Shown here in pieces: positions 15,745 to 32,130 of a DNA stretch of 64,000 nt (position 1 is the first letter of the stretch; each line of letters begins with the position of its first letter). Location of the stretch: NCBI RefSeq assembly GCF_009914755.1, contig NC_060925.1; one strand, 5' to 3'. The position numbers and the translations under genes are program-made. Below the pieces are notes generated by a model, which saw only the letters and a list, made by a program, of their open reading frames with translations, was not told where the DNA came from and ran no database searches. The stretch comes from the human T2T-CHM13v2.0 reference genome, Homo sapiens.

Positions 15745-16540
15745 TTCATTCGTTCATTTAGTCAGCAAACATGGATTGACCATCTTCTGTGTGCTGCCAA
15801 TGAGATTCCAGTGATAAATTACAGACCTGTTGGTTGCTTACAATATGACGGGATAGGTAGATGTTGACGAAGTAACTGAGTATTCTGGGTTTGGGACCGG
15901 GCTATAGGATCCTAAGTGTAGGAGTGTAACTCAGCTCAGAGATCAGGGATGGCCCCTCTGAGCAGGTGATGGGTAAACTGAACCCTGGAGGTTGAGCAGG
16001 GATAAAGCCAAGTGAACAGTGGGAGCAGGATGTGCAAAGGTCCTGAGGTAGAGTGAACCAGGACCTCAGAGAATAGTCCAGGGTGGCTGGAGCCAAGAAA
16101 TCATGGGAAAGAGTGGATGGGTCAAGCTAGAGACATGGTTGGGGTCCGGATCACTCTGCAGTTGGCCATGGTGAAAGTTTGGACTTCAGCCTAAGGAAAA
16201 GAGAAAGCCATAGAAGGTTTTAAACAGGCATGGTGCCTGATGATTTGCATCCTAAAAGATCTCTCTAGCTACAGTGTGGAGAACTGATAGGATGGTCAAC
16301 AGTCAATGGGGAATCTCATTTTGAAGCTAATGTATGTAGCCAGGCAAGAAGGAGGATGGTAGCTTGGACCAGGATGCTGTGATAGAGAACGGATAATGCC
16401 AGGGATATATGAAATACTCAACAGGTAGAATCAGTGTAACTGGGTTGTTGATTGACTATGAGGGATGAGGGCAAGGGGGATGGCTGTTTCGAGAAACTGT
16501 AAGGAGGTGATACTATTTGCTAAGATAAGGAACACGGGTG
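15745..16540 (-). mobile_element. L2 LINE 3' fragment
   Basis: ttcattcgttcatttagtcagcaaacat... L2 tail followed by L2-like body (gaagccatagaaggttttaaacagg...atctctctagctacagtgtggaga). Confidence 0.7.
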
Positions 16541-17206
16541 GTTCTGTGGCTGTACAATTCTTTGAGCCATCAGTTAGACTATGTGTGAATATCTTCCCCA
16601 GGGCCATACACCACGGCAGCCCTGGGAGGAAGAGTGGGAATGGGATTGGGGGCTGGAGAAACAAATTTAGCCTGGAGTTTAACAAAGAAACTAGCAAAAT
16701 ATCTCCAAAGTCCCATTTGTCATTCTTAATAGCCATCATACAAAAAGTGGTCAAAGTTAGGAAATTGAATTTTCAAACACGTTAGGCCTTAAAAAGAAAC
16801 AGGCCTCTGATGTTAAGAGAGAAACATGCATTTTCAATTGTTCAGAGATTACTAAATGGAAACAGTTCTCTTCCCCTCCCCCAAACAGAAGCAGGAATTA
16901 ACTTTGAGGCTGGAAAATGTCAATTTACTGAGAAAGGAGGGTAAGGGGAACAGGGAGACATCGAGACCACATGTCCCAGCTCCTCATCCCACAGGTGTTC
17001 CCATGTTCAGTTGAGCTCACGATGACTGGATCTGCCCAAATTCGGGACACCCATCCATGTGATCTTACCCTTCCCGCCATCCCCAGTGTGGGAGGAGGGT
17101 GCGGGGTGAGCAGGAATCCCACCCAGAATGATTCGCTGTGATCATTGCCATATGAACAATATGCTATCACAGAGAAGGAGGGCCCCGAGGAAGAAAGAAT
17201 TTTTTT

Positions 17207-18801
<1,595 letters not shown>

Positions 18802-20224
18802 TTAAGAGCACCAAGGCCTAGCTCTGAAGGTCACATTCCTCAACACAGACCTTTCTCTACCAAGAAAGAGAAAGCTGAGAATTTTCCCCCAGAATTTTCC
18901 ACTGGGGCACACCACATTGGCCTTCTGTGTGCTTGGGTTTCCCGTGCCTGGGGTGTGAGGGGCCCAGGCAGCTTCTGCGCAGTTGAGTCATCTCTCTTCC
19001 ATGGTTCCCCACCAGCCAAGAGAATGGTATGAATGTCCACAGGTGGCCTCTTCATGGGGGTCTCAGGAAATGGGCATTTGAGGGTCAGGTGGGTGACCCT
19101 AGTCCCCCACAAAGGTAGCATCTGGTGGAGAGAAAAGGTTGCCCTCTCCTGCATGTGGAAGAAGCTTGGCAAGATTAGAGGTGCCTGCTCCTTTTGGAGC
19201 CTTTCACAATTATCTTCAGGACAAAGACGGCCCCAACACTTCTGGAAGAGATCTGATACTGAGATCCCGCTAGTCATGGGGTGAGCTACAGTGGGACTGT
19301 GGCACACAGTGGTGGCCTGGCGTATGAGAAGACCACCCCCCACCCAATCCACCTCCCACCTCACCTGCCCACGATGCCATTGCTTCAAATGGCTTTCAAC
19401 AACGCCCTCCACTCCACGGGGTCTCCCTTCTTGTAGCATTTTCAACTCTGCCTCAAATCAACTCTGCACTAAGGTGTGAAACGTAAACACCCCCGAGGGA
19501 GGAAGGCCCTTCCAGAGTGGTCACTGGGAGGCAAAAGGGCCTGGCTTCCCCGAATCTCAGCTTCCTCATCTGAGATGGTGGAAAAGATGATGTTGACTTT
19601 CCAGAGCCATAGGGAGTTGGAAATGAGGTCAGGCACCCGCCACCCGGTTCTCCTTCTTCCTCTTCTAAAACACTGCAACCACCATAGCCAGTGCCTCTAT
19701 GCAGCCGGTTACCCATTGGCGTCACTTAGCCTGGCAGTGCTGCTAATGAGGCCTCTGTGGCCTGGGCTTCCGGGGCTGCCATCTCTAATGAACTCAGCCT
19801 TCCTGGGAGCTGCGGCAGGTCCCAGCCCAGGCCAGGCCTGCTCTCCTCCCCTCCCCTCCAAAGAAAACACCATCTTTCCAGGACTGATGGCACTGAGGGA
19901 AGCTTGAAGGAAACAGGCAGGGAAGACCTGTCAACACTAATTAGAAAAAAGTGGTTCTCACCGCCAAAGCCCTCCAGCCCATGGCTGCTGCCAACCAAGG
20001 CGCCCTTGTGGGCTGTTCACCTGAGCTGCCGCCATTTTCAACTCTGCATTAAGTCATCCAAGGATCCAGGAGACCCAACGCTAGCAAAAGACCCCACATG
20101 CTTTCTTTTCCAGCACCGATAGCTCTTACCTCTTCCCTAAGCCTCGACTTCTCTTTCTCTTCTCTCTCACCCCTGTGTCCCCAAGAGGCAGTCTGGGGGT
20201 GAAACTGGTCTTAGAGTCTGATAG

Positions 20225-20895
<671 letters not shown>

Positions 20896-21639
20896 TGACA
20901 TCCCCTGCCATTGTCCCTTCTCCTTCGTTCACCTTACGGTATCGATTGAGAGCCCATGGAATATCCAGCACTTGATTGATCAAAAGCAGACACGGTCCTG
21001 CCCTCATGGAGCTCCCAGGCCTGGGAAAGGCAGATCCTGGAGAGAGCAGCTGTATCCCACCATACCAGGGCCCACCCACACTCTGCACCTAAGAGGCTCA
21101 CGGGTGTTTACAATAGACAGTGCTTGGTGCATAAATCACCTCGTTTGACCCTCAGCAGCCTGGGACATTGGCAACCAGGTATGATCCCATTTTACAGATG
21201 CAGAGAGTGAGGGCCAAAGGGTTGGTTTTCTCCTCCATGTTCTGTGGCCTCCGACATCAGAGTCTTTAGTAATGTGTGTCTTTGTTTCCAACACAGTAGC
21301 ACAGAAGTGGCTTTAATAGCAGCTCATTCTAGGCAGTCACTGTGCTAAGGGTTTTATGAGCATTCTGTTGTTCCAGCGTCATGCTTCCCCTGGAGGAAAT
21401 AAATGCTGTTCCTTCGTCAGGTTTGATGAAGACACTGAGGAGGTTAATTAACATGTCCATGACTACCCAGCTGGTGAGCATGGGGCCCTCAGAGATGATC
21501 CAGGTCAGCCTTGGCGTCCACGCCTTGTGATGTGGACACAGGAGAAGGTAGATCATGAGAACCTGGGCTCCTGACACAAGCTCAGTGGGCAGACAGAAGC
21601 TGAGAGGAAGGTGGCTCCGAGGGGAATATGAGGACGTAA

Positions 21640-21703
21640 AACATGCGCCATGCTGCTCGCCACACTTCCTCAACGTGCGCCATGCTGCTCATCACATTTC
21701 CTC
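21640..21703 (+). repeat. 32-bp tandem duplication (2 copies)
   Basis: aacatgcgccatgctgctcgccacacttcctc / aacgtgcgccatgctgctcatcacatttcctc. Confidence 0.9.
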
Positions 21704-21790
21704 TTGAGAAGCTACCGATTTAGCCTTAGGCTCATAGCATCTATCTTGAAGCAGGAGAAAGGGGCAGGTGGGAATTCATTGTGTTCATAA

Positions 21791-22354
<564 letters not shown>

Positions 22355-22663
22355 TAGTAACGCAGGTGGGCATACCTCATGCTTCCCTGTAGGTGGCACA
22401 GAGTGCTATGCCCACCAAAGGCACATGACCCAGACCCCTGTCCTTGGGATCTGCCCTCACTGCATCCACTGCACCCAACTAAGCGCTCTTCATCCAGGCT
22501 GGACACAAGGTCTCCTTCAAATACCTCTTCTTCTTATACTGTTGAACTTTAAGGTGCTGTCCGAGATGTCTAACCGCAGCCATTTATTGTGTCTCTACCA
22601 TGTGTCAGGCACTCTGCTAAGGACATCACGGATATCTCATTTAATCTACATGGTAACTTTTTG

Positions 22664-22972
22664 GGCCGGGCGCAGTGACACACCTGTAATCCCAGCACTT
22701 TGAGAGGCCTAGGTGGGAGAATTGCTTGAGCTCGGGAGTTGGAGACCAATTTGGGCAACACAGAAAGACCTTATCTCCACAATCTGCTTTGTTTTGTTTT
22801 TAATTAGCCAAGCATAGTGGCGCATACCTGCAGTCCTAGCTGCTTCAGTGGCTGAGGCAGGAGGATCATTTGAGTCCGGGACAATGAGGCTGCAGTGAGC
22901 TATGAGGGCCACTGCCCTCTAGCCTGAGCAACTGAGCAATACCCTGTCTCAAAAAAAAAAAAAAAAAAAAAA
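22664..22972 (+). mobile_element. AluJ-type element
   Basis: Diverged Alu dimer with a poly-A tail. Confidence 0.9.
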
Positions 22973-22999
22973 GAGACGTCTTTGAAGTCGGTATTTCTT

Positions 23000-23311
23000 C
23001 TTTGTTTTGTTTTGTTTTGTGTTTTGTTTTGTTTTGAGACGGAGTCTCGCTCTGTCACCCAGGCTGGAGTGCAGCAGCGCAATCTCGGCTCACTGCAAGT
23101 GCTGCCTCCCGGGTTCACGCCAGCTTCCTGAGTAGCTGGGACTACAGGCGCCCGCCACCACACCCAGCTAATTTTTTTTTTTTTTTGTATTTTTAGTAGA
23201 GACGGGGTTTCACCGTGTTAGCCAGGATGGTCTCGAGCTCCTGACCTCGTGATCTGCCTGCCTCAGCCTCCCAAAGTGCTGGGATTACAGGCATGAGCCA
23301 CCACGCCCAGC
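23000..23311 (-). mobile_element. AluY-type element, tail-to-tail with the previous Alu
   Basis: CACCGTGTTAGCCAGGATGGTCTCG (Y diagnostic); TSD tgaagtcggtatttctt / tgaagtaggcatttctt. Confidence 0.93.
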
Positions 23312-23723
23312 CCTGAAGTAGGCATTTCTTTATTCCTTTAATCTGATGAAGAAATTGAAGCTCTGAGAGACGCCTCATGATACGTAGCTAATGAGAGTAC
23401 TAATAAGAGGTCTAGCTGACCCCAGTGCCCTTGCGTATAAGCACCATGAAGTACAACTTCTCCCTCCGAGGGCCTCCTCATGCTGCCAGGATCAATGCCA
23501 ATCCCAATTCTATGCCCCATGCGACCCCCACAGGGCCCGGCCCTCCTCACCTCTCCAACTTCACCCAGCATCTGCTTCCATCTCTCCTCCTTAGGACCTT
23601 CTTTCTGTCCCCTGAACTAGCCAAGCATGTTCAAGTACTTTGCAATTGCTCTTCCTTCTTGGAACTCTCTTCATCCAGACTTCCTCGTCACTCTGCCTCC
23701 TCATTGTCACTCGGGTCTGAATA

Positions 23724-24184
23724 AATGGCTTGAGCTGCTTGACCGAGGATACATATTGTTACTTTTTGATTATATGCTAAATAAGGGATAGATTACTTGT
23801 GAGTTTTCCAGGAATGGGGTGAGCAATTCTCAGAACTGAGGGTTCCTCCCCTTTTTAGACCATATAGGGTAACTTCCTGCATTGCCGTGGCATTTGTAAA
23901 CTGTCACGGTGCTGGTGGGAGTGTCTTTTAGCATGCTAATTCATTATAATTAGCATATAATGAGCCATGAGGACGATCAAAGGTCACTCTCGCCACCATC
24001 TTGGTTTTGGTGGGTTTTGGCCAGCTTCTTTACTACAAACTGTTTTATCAGCAAGGTCTTTATGGCCTGTATCCTGTGCCAACCTCCTGTCTCATCCTGT
24101 GAAAAAGAGTGCCTTAACCTCCTGGGAATGCAGCCCAGTAGGTCTCAGCCTTATTTTACCCAATCTCTATTCAAGATGGAGTCT
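23724..24184 (-). mobile_element. MER41B-type ERV1 LTR, truncated at both ends
   Basis: Reverse match to recalled MER41 consensus: ...gggaatgcagcccagtaggtctcagccttattttaccc...attcaagatggagt; gaccatatagggtaacttcctg; tagcatgctaat. Confidence 0.88.
23806..23835. promoter_or_regulatory. Tandem GAS (STAT) motifs inside MER41B
   Basis: TTCCAGGAA (23806-23814) and TTCTCAGAA (23827-23835), both TTCN3GAA; function untested. Confidence 0.6.
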
Positions 24185-24224
24185 CTGAGTCTTAACATTT
24201 AAATGCATTAAAATTAGGCTGTCT

Positions 24225-24593
24225 CCATCAAAAGTGACACAGAGGACACAAAGGCATCCTGCCTGCAGCCTCCATAAACCAGCCAGAAACATTTATAGTT
24301 GGTGGTCTCTTACCAGGAAAGAATGCTGGCTGGTTGTTGTGTCAAAACCGCAAAAGGAAGGGGAGCCTGGCCACTCTTCCAAAAAGCCTGCTTTCTGTTT
24401 AACCCTTAAGAAAAAAAAAAAAAAAAAAAACCCACATCCAATGGCAGTTAGAGAGGAAGGGGACATCATGAGGCAATGCCTCCCGTCCCGTCAGGGCAGG
24501 GAACTCAGCTTGTTACATTTCTCTGGGTTCCCTTGGCCAAGTGGAGATCCGTTCAGTCCATTGGGAAGCTTAGGATTTTATTTTTATTTCTCA
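24225..24593 (-). mobile_element. MER4-group ERV1 LTR fragment
   Basis: Reverse start TGAGAAATAAAAATAAAATCCTAAGC...GACTGAACGGATC...CTTGGCCAAGGG resembles MER4-group LTR 5' ends. Confidence 0.65.
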
Positions 24594-24687
24594 GTACTAA
24601 TGCCACCTCCCCTTTTGCTCACAATTCCTCATCTCCACAAGATCCTCAGAAAAACCCAAGGTGCACACACATCACAGGTACTGGTTA

Positions 24688-25270
24688 TCCAGTGTTTCAG
24701 TTCTCTTTTGCCACGTAACAACCCCCAGTATTTTTATACCACCCGTGGACTCTGCTTGGTAACAACCCCAAAATTTAGCAGCTTAAAAAAACAACCATTT
24801 TTATTTGCTCAGAATTCTGTAAGTCAAGAATTCTGGTAAAGCTGGGCTGGGTTTTTCTGCTCACATGCAGCCGGCAGGAACTTTCATGAGACTGCATTTG
24901 GACAGCAGCTGGGCTGAGATGTCCAAGGCAGCTTCACTTGTGGGTCTGGCACCTGGGTGGGAACACTGGGAGCCTGAGGCCTCTCTCTTTCTCTCTGCAC
25001 CTGGCTCTGGTCATGTGACTAGCTTGGGCTCCTTTTTCGTGAATCTGAAGAGTGAGTGTTTCCATGACACAGGTGAAGCTGCAGACCTTTTAAGGCTCAG
25101 CCTCAAATTTACCCAGTGTCACTTTCTCTGTGTTCCGCGAGACAGGGCCCACCCAAATCCAAGGTCAGGAAATCCCTCCACCTCTCCATAGGCCACATGG
25201 CGAAAGACCATGTGCCATGGAGAATGGGAAACATCCTTGCAGTCATCTTTGGACAAACAACCCACCAGAT
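24688..25270 (-). mobile_element. MLT1 (MaLR) LTR
   Basis: gtaacaaccccaaaatttagcagcttaaaa...tttatttgctcagaattctg... MLT1-like 3' end, reverse. Confidence 0.65.
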
Positions 25271-27057
25271 CCAATTCCCAGATTAGTTTGGCAAACTAGA
25301 GACCACAGAATTTATGACTCCTACACATCCTGCCACTAGGAGGCAGTGTGGGCCCCCCGGCTTCCCTCTGGGGCTTTTCTGGAGCCTGCAGGCTCCCAGC
25401 TCTTGGCATTGGAGGGTACGGCCAGAAGCTTCCTGGGGCACTCTCATACCTTCCCCGGCCTTTGCACGTGCAGGCCTCTTGCATGACAAACAGCTTGCCC
25501 CTTGCTGCTCATGAATATATTTACTTCTGAATTTAAGAACCATGATGGATTGACATCGGCCCCTGACCTCGCAGAAATACTAAACAAATGAGATGTAGGT
25601 CTACAGGGCAATTGCTTTCTTCTTTATTTCCTGGGCTGGTTACTATTGATTATCTGCTGTGCACTTTGTTAATTTCCTGCTGACAGGCTCTCTTCTATGA
25701 ACAGTTCCTGGGAAGGGTTTGGCTTTGTTATTTTTTTCCTGGGATTAAGGCTCAGTGTATTCTAAACAACCCCATTATTCAGTAGAGAATTTGTTCAACT
25801 TTCTTTTCTTGGCAGCTGATTTACCAGTGACCTCTCCCAAAGTGAAGTGACACGTAAACAAGACACAAAAAGTTGACTCCCGTTTAAGAAATATTTCAAG
25901 GCTAGTGATGGGTATACATTCTCTCGTGCATTGCTGATGCTAATTGCAGTGTACCTGGGGTTAATGATGATTTTGCAATAACAGGTAACATTTCACTGGT
26001 GTCAGGCTCACTGCTAAGTGCTTGACAAGCTTTGTCTCATTAATTCCTCCCAACAAACGCATGAGGTATGTCTTGATATGATCCCAGGTATTGTCTGAGT
26101 CCCAAGGGAGAGCTTTAGAATATGGAAAGCTTTTAGGGCATCAGAACCAATTTTGAGCTAAACGTGTTTCTTCTTTAGGGCTTTTGAGTTTGCTGTTGCC
26201 TCTGCCTCAAAGCCTTGGCCCGATCTTTGCTCTCTGTGCAGCCCCTCTGGCTTGTCCTTTGGGTCTTGGCTGAGATGTCACGTCTTCAGAGATGCCCTCC
26301 CTGTCTCTTCCCAGCCTCCCCTCTCTCTTGCTTTATCTCATTCCTAGCGCATCTCTCTAGCAGGCATTTGGAGGTTGAGTGTCTCCTCCACTCTGGAATG
26401 TGTGGAGGAGCTAGTTTGTGGGTTCATTTACTATTGCATTAGCCCAAAAACTATCTGTTGAGTGAATGGATGAGCCATGTCCTCCCACTCACTGCCTGGA
26501 TGGCCTTGGCAAGTTGCATAACATGTGGGAGCCTCCGGTTTCTCTTCTGTCAAATGGAGATAGTAATTAGAATCTGCCCCATAGGGTTGGTGTGAAAATT
26601 AAGCAAGATGCTATAAATAAACCTCTTAGTTCTTTCATGGGGCCTAGGCATTTCACAATTAAGACAAAGTACTATTCTAGAGGCTACAGATGAAACAGAA
26701 TGAAATAAAAAATACGAAGTGCTCAGCATGGCACCTGGAATACCATGGACACTAACAGGTGATGATCGTGTATGATTTTCCTTCTGATATTGTAGGGACA
26801 ATGACTGATGATCACCAGTCTAGAGTGAATTGAGTCCTGAGCTCCGCTATTGACTGAGGTATAAACTGATAAAAGTTCAAAATATTTTTTATCTTGACTT
26901 AGAAATGGAGGAGAGAAGAAGCAGAGGATTCGGTGTTCGGAAACAGCAAAATCCCTTCTGCACTTGCAGCTGGAGTTACAGGAGCCCAGAGGGTGCCGAG
27001 TGGAGTGGGGGACACTGAAGGCACCGAGAGTAAATAACATTAAAAGGCAAGAAACTT

Positions 27058-27386
<329 letters not shown>

Positions 27387-27706
27387 CTAAGAAATCATAT
27401 CCCCATTTAAAAATGTCCTTTCAGGTGCCAGATTTTAAAATGAATTACTGTGTTTTCTAAGCCCAGGGTCAGCTTCAGAAGGGGATATTTACAACTCTAA
27501 ACATGCGTGCTCGAGCAGCCTTTACAAATGCAAACTGAACATCTGGAATTTGGCCTAATTTATAAGAGCAAATGAAGATGTTGAAAACTGAGGGGTCCAG
27601 ATAGGAGGGGACCTTCTCAGTTCTCAAATTCAAGGTTGCAATGTTACTGACTTAGAGGCTAGTCAGCACCTCCTGTAGTAGTTTGTACCTTTAAAACCCA
27701 TCAAGA

Positions 27707-27796
27707 GGCCGGGGGCAGTGGCTCACGCCTGTAATCCCAGCCCAGCACTTTGGGAGGCCTAGATGGGAGCCTAGGAGTTCAAGACCAGCCTGGGCA
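27707..27796 (+). mobile_element. Truncated Alu left monomer
   Basis: ggccgggggcagtggctcacgcctgtaatcccag...gttcaagaccagcctgggca. Confidence 0.85.
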
Positions 27797-27969
27797 TGAA
27801 AAACAGCACAATCTCTGGCACATAAGCATGCTCAATAAACGGAAGCTATTGTTATTTTTAAATTAATGTGAATTCAGCCCCCAATCATAAAAAATTGTCA
27901 ATAATTGGTGGTTCATATACGGACTGAATTCCACGATCCATGTTCTGTTTATTTCAATTATGACTCCAC

Positions 27970-28140
27970 CACTTTGAGTTCTGTGTCTTTGGACAAGTTC
28001 TATCACCTCCCTGAGCCTCAGTGTCCTCATCTGTAAAGTGGGCATAAGAATGGAACCTGTCTGTCAGATCTTTTGTAAAGGTTTACAATAGTGTCTGGCA
28101 CATATAAAGAATGCCATATATGTGTTTGCTATTATTAGCA
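27970..28140 (+). mobile_element. MIR SINE relic
   Basis: ttggacaagtt...ctgagcctcagtgtcctcatctgtaaagtggg...agtgtctggcacata. Confidence 0.75.
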
Positions 28141-28281
28141 TCAAAATTATGACTAGTAGGAACCAGCAGTTATTTCTAATGCCGAAGATGGGACTTCCAC
28201 CCTCTTTAGGCAAATATATTGATCGATAAGTGAGCAGCTGCAAATGTATGATTCTTAGCTCCTCATTGAAATGCACCTCCC

Positions 28282-28659
<378 letters not shown>

Positions 28660-29999
28660 TTAGTAATTGAAGAGGCCTATAAAAGCAATAATAAATATAC
28701 CTAAGTTTCTATGGAAACAATTATCTAATTAGGTTTTCCCTTTAATCAAAGGAGTCCCAATCTAGGAACTCTTAGTATGTTTCCTGATTAAGGCCATTTG
28801 TGGTTTTCCTGAGTCGCTGGAGGAATCCCAGGGTAGAGGCATCCCCCCAACCTCGCTGCAAATGTTTTCATTACAGATTATAGCAGCAGGCCTGGCGGCA
28901 TCTGTAGAGGGCTAATTTTTCCTGACAGTCCTGCTGACCTTTGTTTGCTGATAACCCTCTTCTCTGTGGTAACCCCAGCAGATAGAGGCAATACCAAGGA
29001 CGTAGGTCTCATTTCCCTGAAGAGTAGCTTCTCGAGAGACTCAGGAGAGATGCCCACTGGAGGAGCTAGCATGAAAAAAAGAGAAAATTGCTGCCTTTAG
29101 GGGGTGCTCAGCCCTGAAGTGCTCAGTGCAGCCTCAGCTTAGATTGGCTGTAACATGTCAGAATGTGATGAGGCTGATATTTGGAGTTTGCTACTCAACA
29201 TGGTCCCTGCAAAATGCCATTTCCAGCACCTAATACCTGTCTGGGGAGAGATCAGAACATTTAGTTTTAATCTTAAAGGTCATGCAGGAATTCATCCTAA
29301 TAATAGAGCCCAAAGCCAGGCAGGGAGGCCAGAAAATCTCACCAGCAGGGGCTCCTTTTGCAGACTGAGCCACTGCAAGAGGAAGAGCCCACATGCAGAG
29401 AACTGATAAAAACCAACTGTCCTTCACGGTGACCCCGAGAAGCCAAGTTCTGCTCCAGGACTTCTCTTCTGCAAAACCAGGACCCTAGGCATGGATGCTT
29501 GCATTCAGGCATTTATTGAACAAAAATTTATCTATGTGCCACGTCCTGGGCTAGACCCTAGAGATAAGAGGTGAAAAGATATGCTCTCTGTCCTCAGGTG
29601 AGAACAGCCAAGCCAAGAAAGTGCTAAGAAATGATCCCACTGCTGTCGATCTTAGCCATCTGGGTATGGAGGGAAGAGCACCGTGCCTGCCTGAAGAAGT
29701 CATGGAAGGCTTCACTCAGGCGGTGGCCTTGAGCGGGGTCCTGGCTGAGGAGTAGGTGTTTTCTGGTAGGCAGGCACGGCAGAGGGGCTCCTGGAAGACA
29801 GAAGGGCATGGGCGCACAAGAGACCTGGCCTGGCAGGGGTTGTGATGGAAGTAATGGGGGTGGAGGACTTGAGGCTGAGTCTGGAGCCAGAGAGACTGCG
29901 ATGAATAGAGGTTATGAGGACCAAACTGGAGAGGCGAGGAGAGACTGTGCCAAAAGTTGGGGTCCTCATCTGTGGACAGCAGTGACCCCTAAGAAGGGT

Positions 30000-30395
30000 T
30001 GTACCAGTCAGAGTTCAACCAGAGAAGCAGACCCACTAGGAGATACATATTAAGAGATTTGTTGGAAGGCATTGGCTTAGGCGATGGTGGGGTTGGTGAG
30101 GCAGGTCTGGAACGCACAGGGCAGGCTGGAATTCTTGGTCAGGCAGGGGTGAAGCTGCTGCCTCGGGTGGAGTTTCTTCTTTATCAAGGAAGCCTCAGCT
30201 CTGCTCCCACATCCTTTCAACTGGTTGAACCAGACCCACCCTGATTATCTAGGACAGACTCCTTTTCCTGAAGCCAACCGATTATGGGTTTTAATCACAT
30301 CTACAAAATACCTTCCTGGCAACGCCTAGATGAGTGCTTGGTTGAATAACTGGAGACTATAACCTAGCCAAGTTGACATTGAAAACTGACCATCA
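30000..30395 (-). mobile_element. MLT2-family ERVL LTR
   Basis: tgtaccagtcagagttcaaccagagaagcaga...aatcacatctacaaaataccttc...ctagccaagttgaca. Confidence 0.75.
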
Positions 30396-30493
30396 GAGAG
30401 GGAGTCTGGGGAGGTATGGGCTCTCTGCAGACCCTCCTCCTCTCTCCCTGCATTAAGGTGTGGCACCATAAGCAGCACCCAAAGTCACTCAAG

Positions 30494-30783
30494 GGCCGGG
30501 CATGGCAGCTCACACCTGTAATCCCAGCACTTTGGGAGGCTGAGGCGGGCAGATCACTTGAGGTGAGGAGTTTGAGACCAGCCTGGTCAACATGGTAAAA
30601 CCCCGTCTCTACAAAAAATACAAAAATTAGCCAAGCGTGGTGGCACATGCCTCTAGTCTCTGGTACTTGGGAGGCTGAGGTGGGAGGATCACTTGAGCCC
30701 GGGAGGTCGAGGCTGCAATGAGCCAACACCATGCCACTGCACTCCGGCCTGGGCAACAGAGCAAGACTTTGTCTCAAAAAAAA
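30494..30783 (+). mobile_element. Alu (J/S-type)
   Basis: Full dimer; TSD aaagtcactcaag / aaagtcattcaag. Confidence 0.94.
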
Positions 30784-31899
30784 GTCATTCAAGTGACTAC
30801 TCCAGACCAGAGAAAGCTGCAAATTAACAAAGGGTGATTCTGGGACAGGCGGAAATACATGTGGGCACTGGGCTGGAGTGATATCACCATGTCTGAGAAT
30901 AGCCTCTTCTCAGCAGCCCCGAATCGGAAATACATAGTTCCAGAAGTCAAATACATCTTGATTTTGATCTCGGCTAGACTGCTTACTTTTTTTTTTTTTT
31001 TTTTAAGCTGTAAAATGAGATAATGCCTCGGGGGTACTTTGAGAGATTAAGATGTAAGCACGGGGGTGCATAACGTCAAGCTTCTAGAAGGTGTTTAAGG
31101 AGTGGCGTGGACCCTAAGATTCATTTGGCTGCAAGTAACAGGGACCAATGTCAGCCAAGTTAAGTAGAAAAGGGGATTTATTGGAGGAATATAAGCGTGT
31201 CTCATGGATTCCAAAAAAAGTTGACAGCCAAGCCTTGGGAAAACTGGGAAGCAAGCAAGGCAGCCCTGTGGACCCCCATGGAAGAACTTTCCCAACCTTC
31301 CCTTGGGAACTTTGTCATTGACTGGCTCAGTGTCTCTCAGTTCAGGCTTTTGAGAGAAATAATCTTATTGGATGGTTTGGGTCAGATGTTCTCTTGGGGT
31401 CCAATCAGCTATGGCCTAAGAGTGGTGTCATGGAGAACAAATATGGCGCCAAATCTTACCCTGTGGACAGAATGGATACCTCAGGGGAGGCCCGTTCCTC
31501 TGGCGCTGTAGAAAATTGCTACACCTCCTCCGCGGGAGCTTCATGTTACTCCCTCTCCCCAGTGACCTTCCTGCTCCGACCCTCACCAACACCTTCTCAT
31601 CTTTTCCCCACCTGCCCTTTGCAGACTTTACAGTTACCTCTCTATCATTATGGCCCAGGACAAGTTATTTACCCCGTCTAAGCCTCAGTCTCCTCATCTC
31701 TAAGATGGAGATGAGAATAATATCTTTCTTAGAGAATTGTTGTGAAGATTAAATAATATACTTCCACCTCTTTGCCCTGATCATTGTTGTTATTTCCTTG
31801 TTACTCAAGAAGTAGAGGCAATGTTTCTCACTGCAGAGCTGTGCTTCCTCCTGAAAAATATTAATAACAGCACATGGCACGTGAGGAGGTGGAAGGCAT

Positions 31900-32130
31900 A
31901 CGCTTCCAAACCAACTGTCTCTGGGTTGAAACCTCAGCCCTGCCACTTAGTGTCTGTGAGACAAGTTAATCAACATCTCTGAACTTGTTTCCTCCCTTGT
32001 AAAATGGGAATGTTAATAATGATCTTGCAGAATCGTTGTTAGAATCCAGTGACCTCCTTATGGGTGTGTGCTTAGCAAAATGCCTGGCGTCTACAGTAGG
32101 TGCTCAGTAAAAGGGAATTCTTATCATTGT
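31900..32130 (+). mobile_element. MIR SINE relic
   Basis: ctgggttgaaacctcagccctgccactta...tgtaaaatggg...gcttagcaaaatgcctggc...taggtgctcagtaaa. Confidence 0.75.

Noticed and set aside
18840-19445. 201-aa ORF in apparently unique DNA
   Set aside because: No recognisable protein similarity, non-ATG start, composition typical of random GC-rich DNA
24234-24839. 201-aa ORF with a poly-Lys run
   Set aside because: Lies in LTR sequence; the Lys run is a poly-A tract
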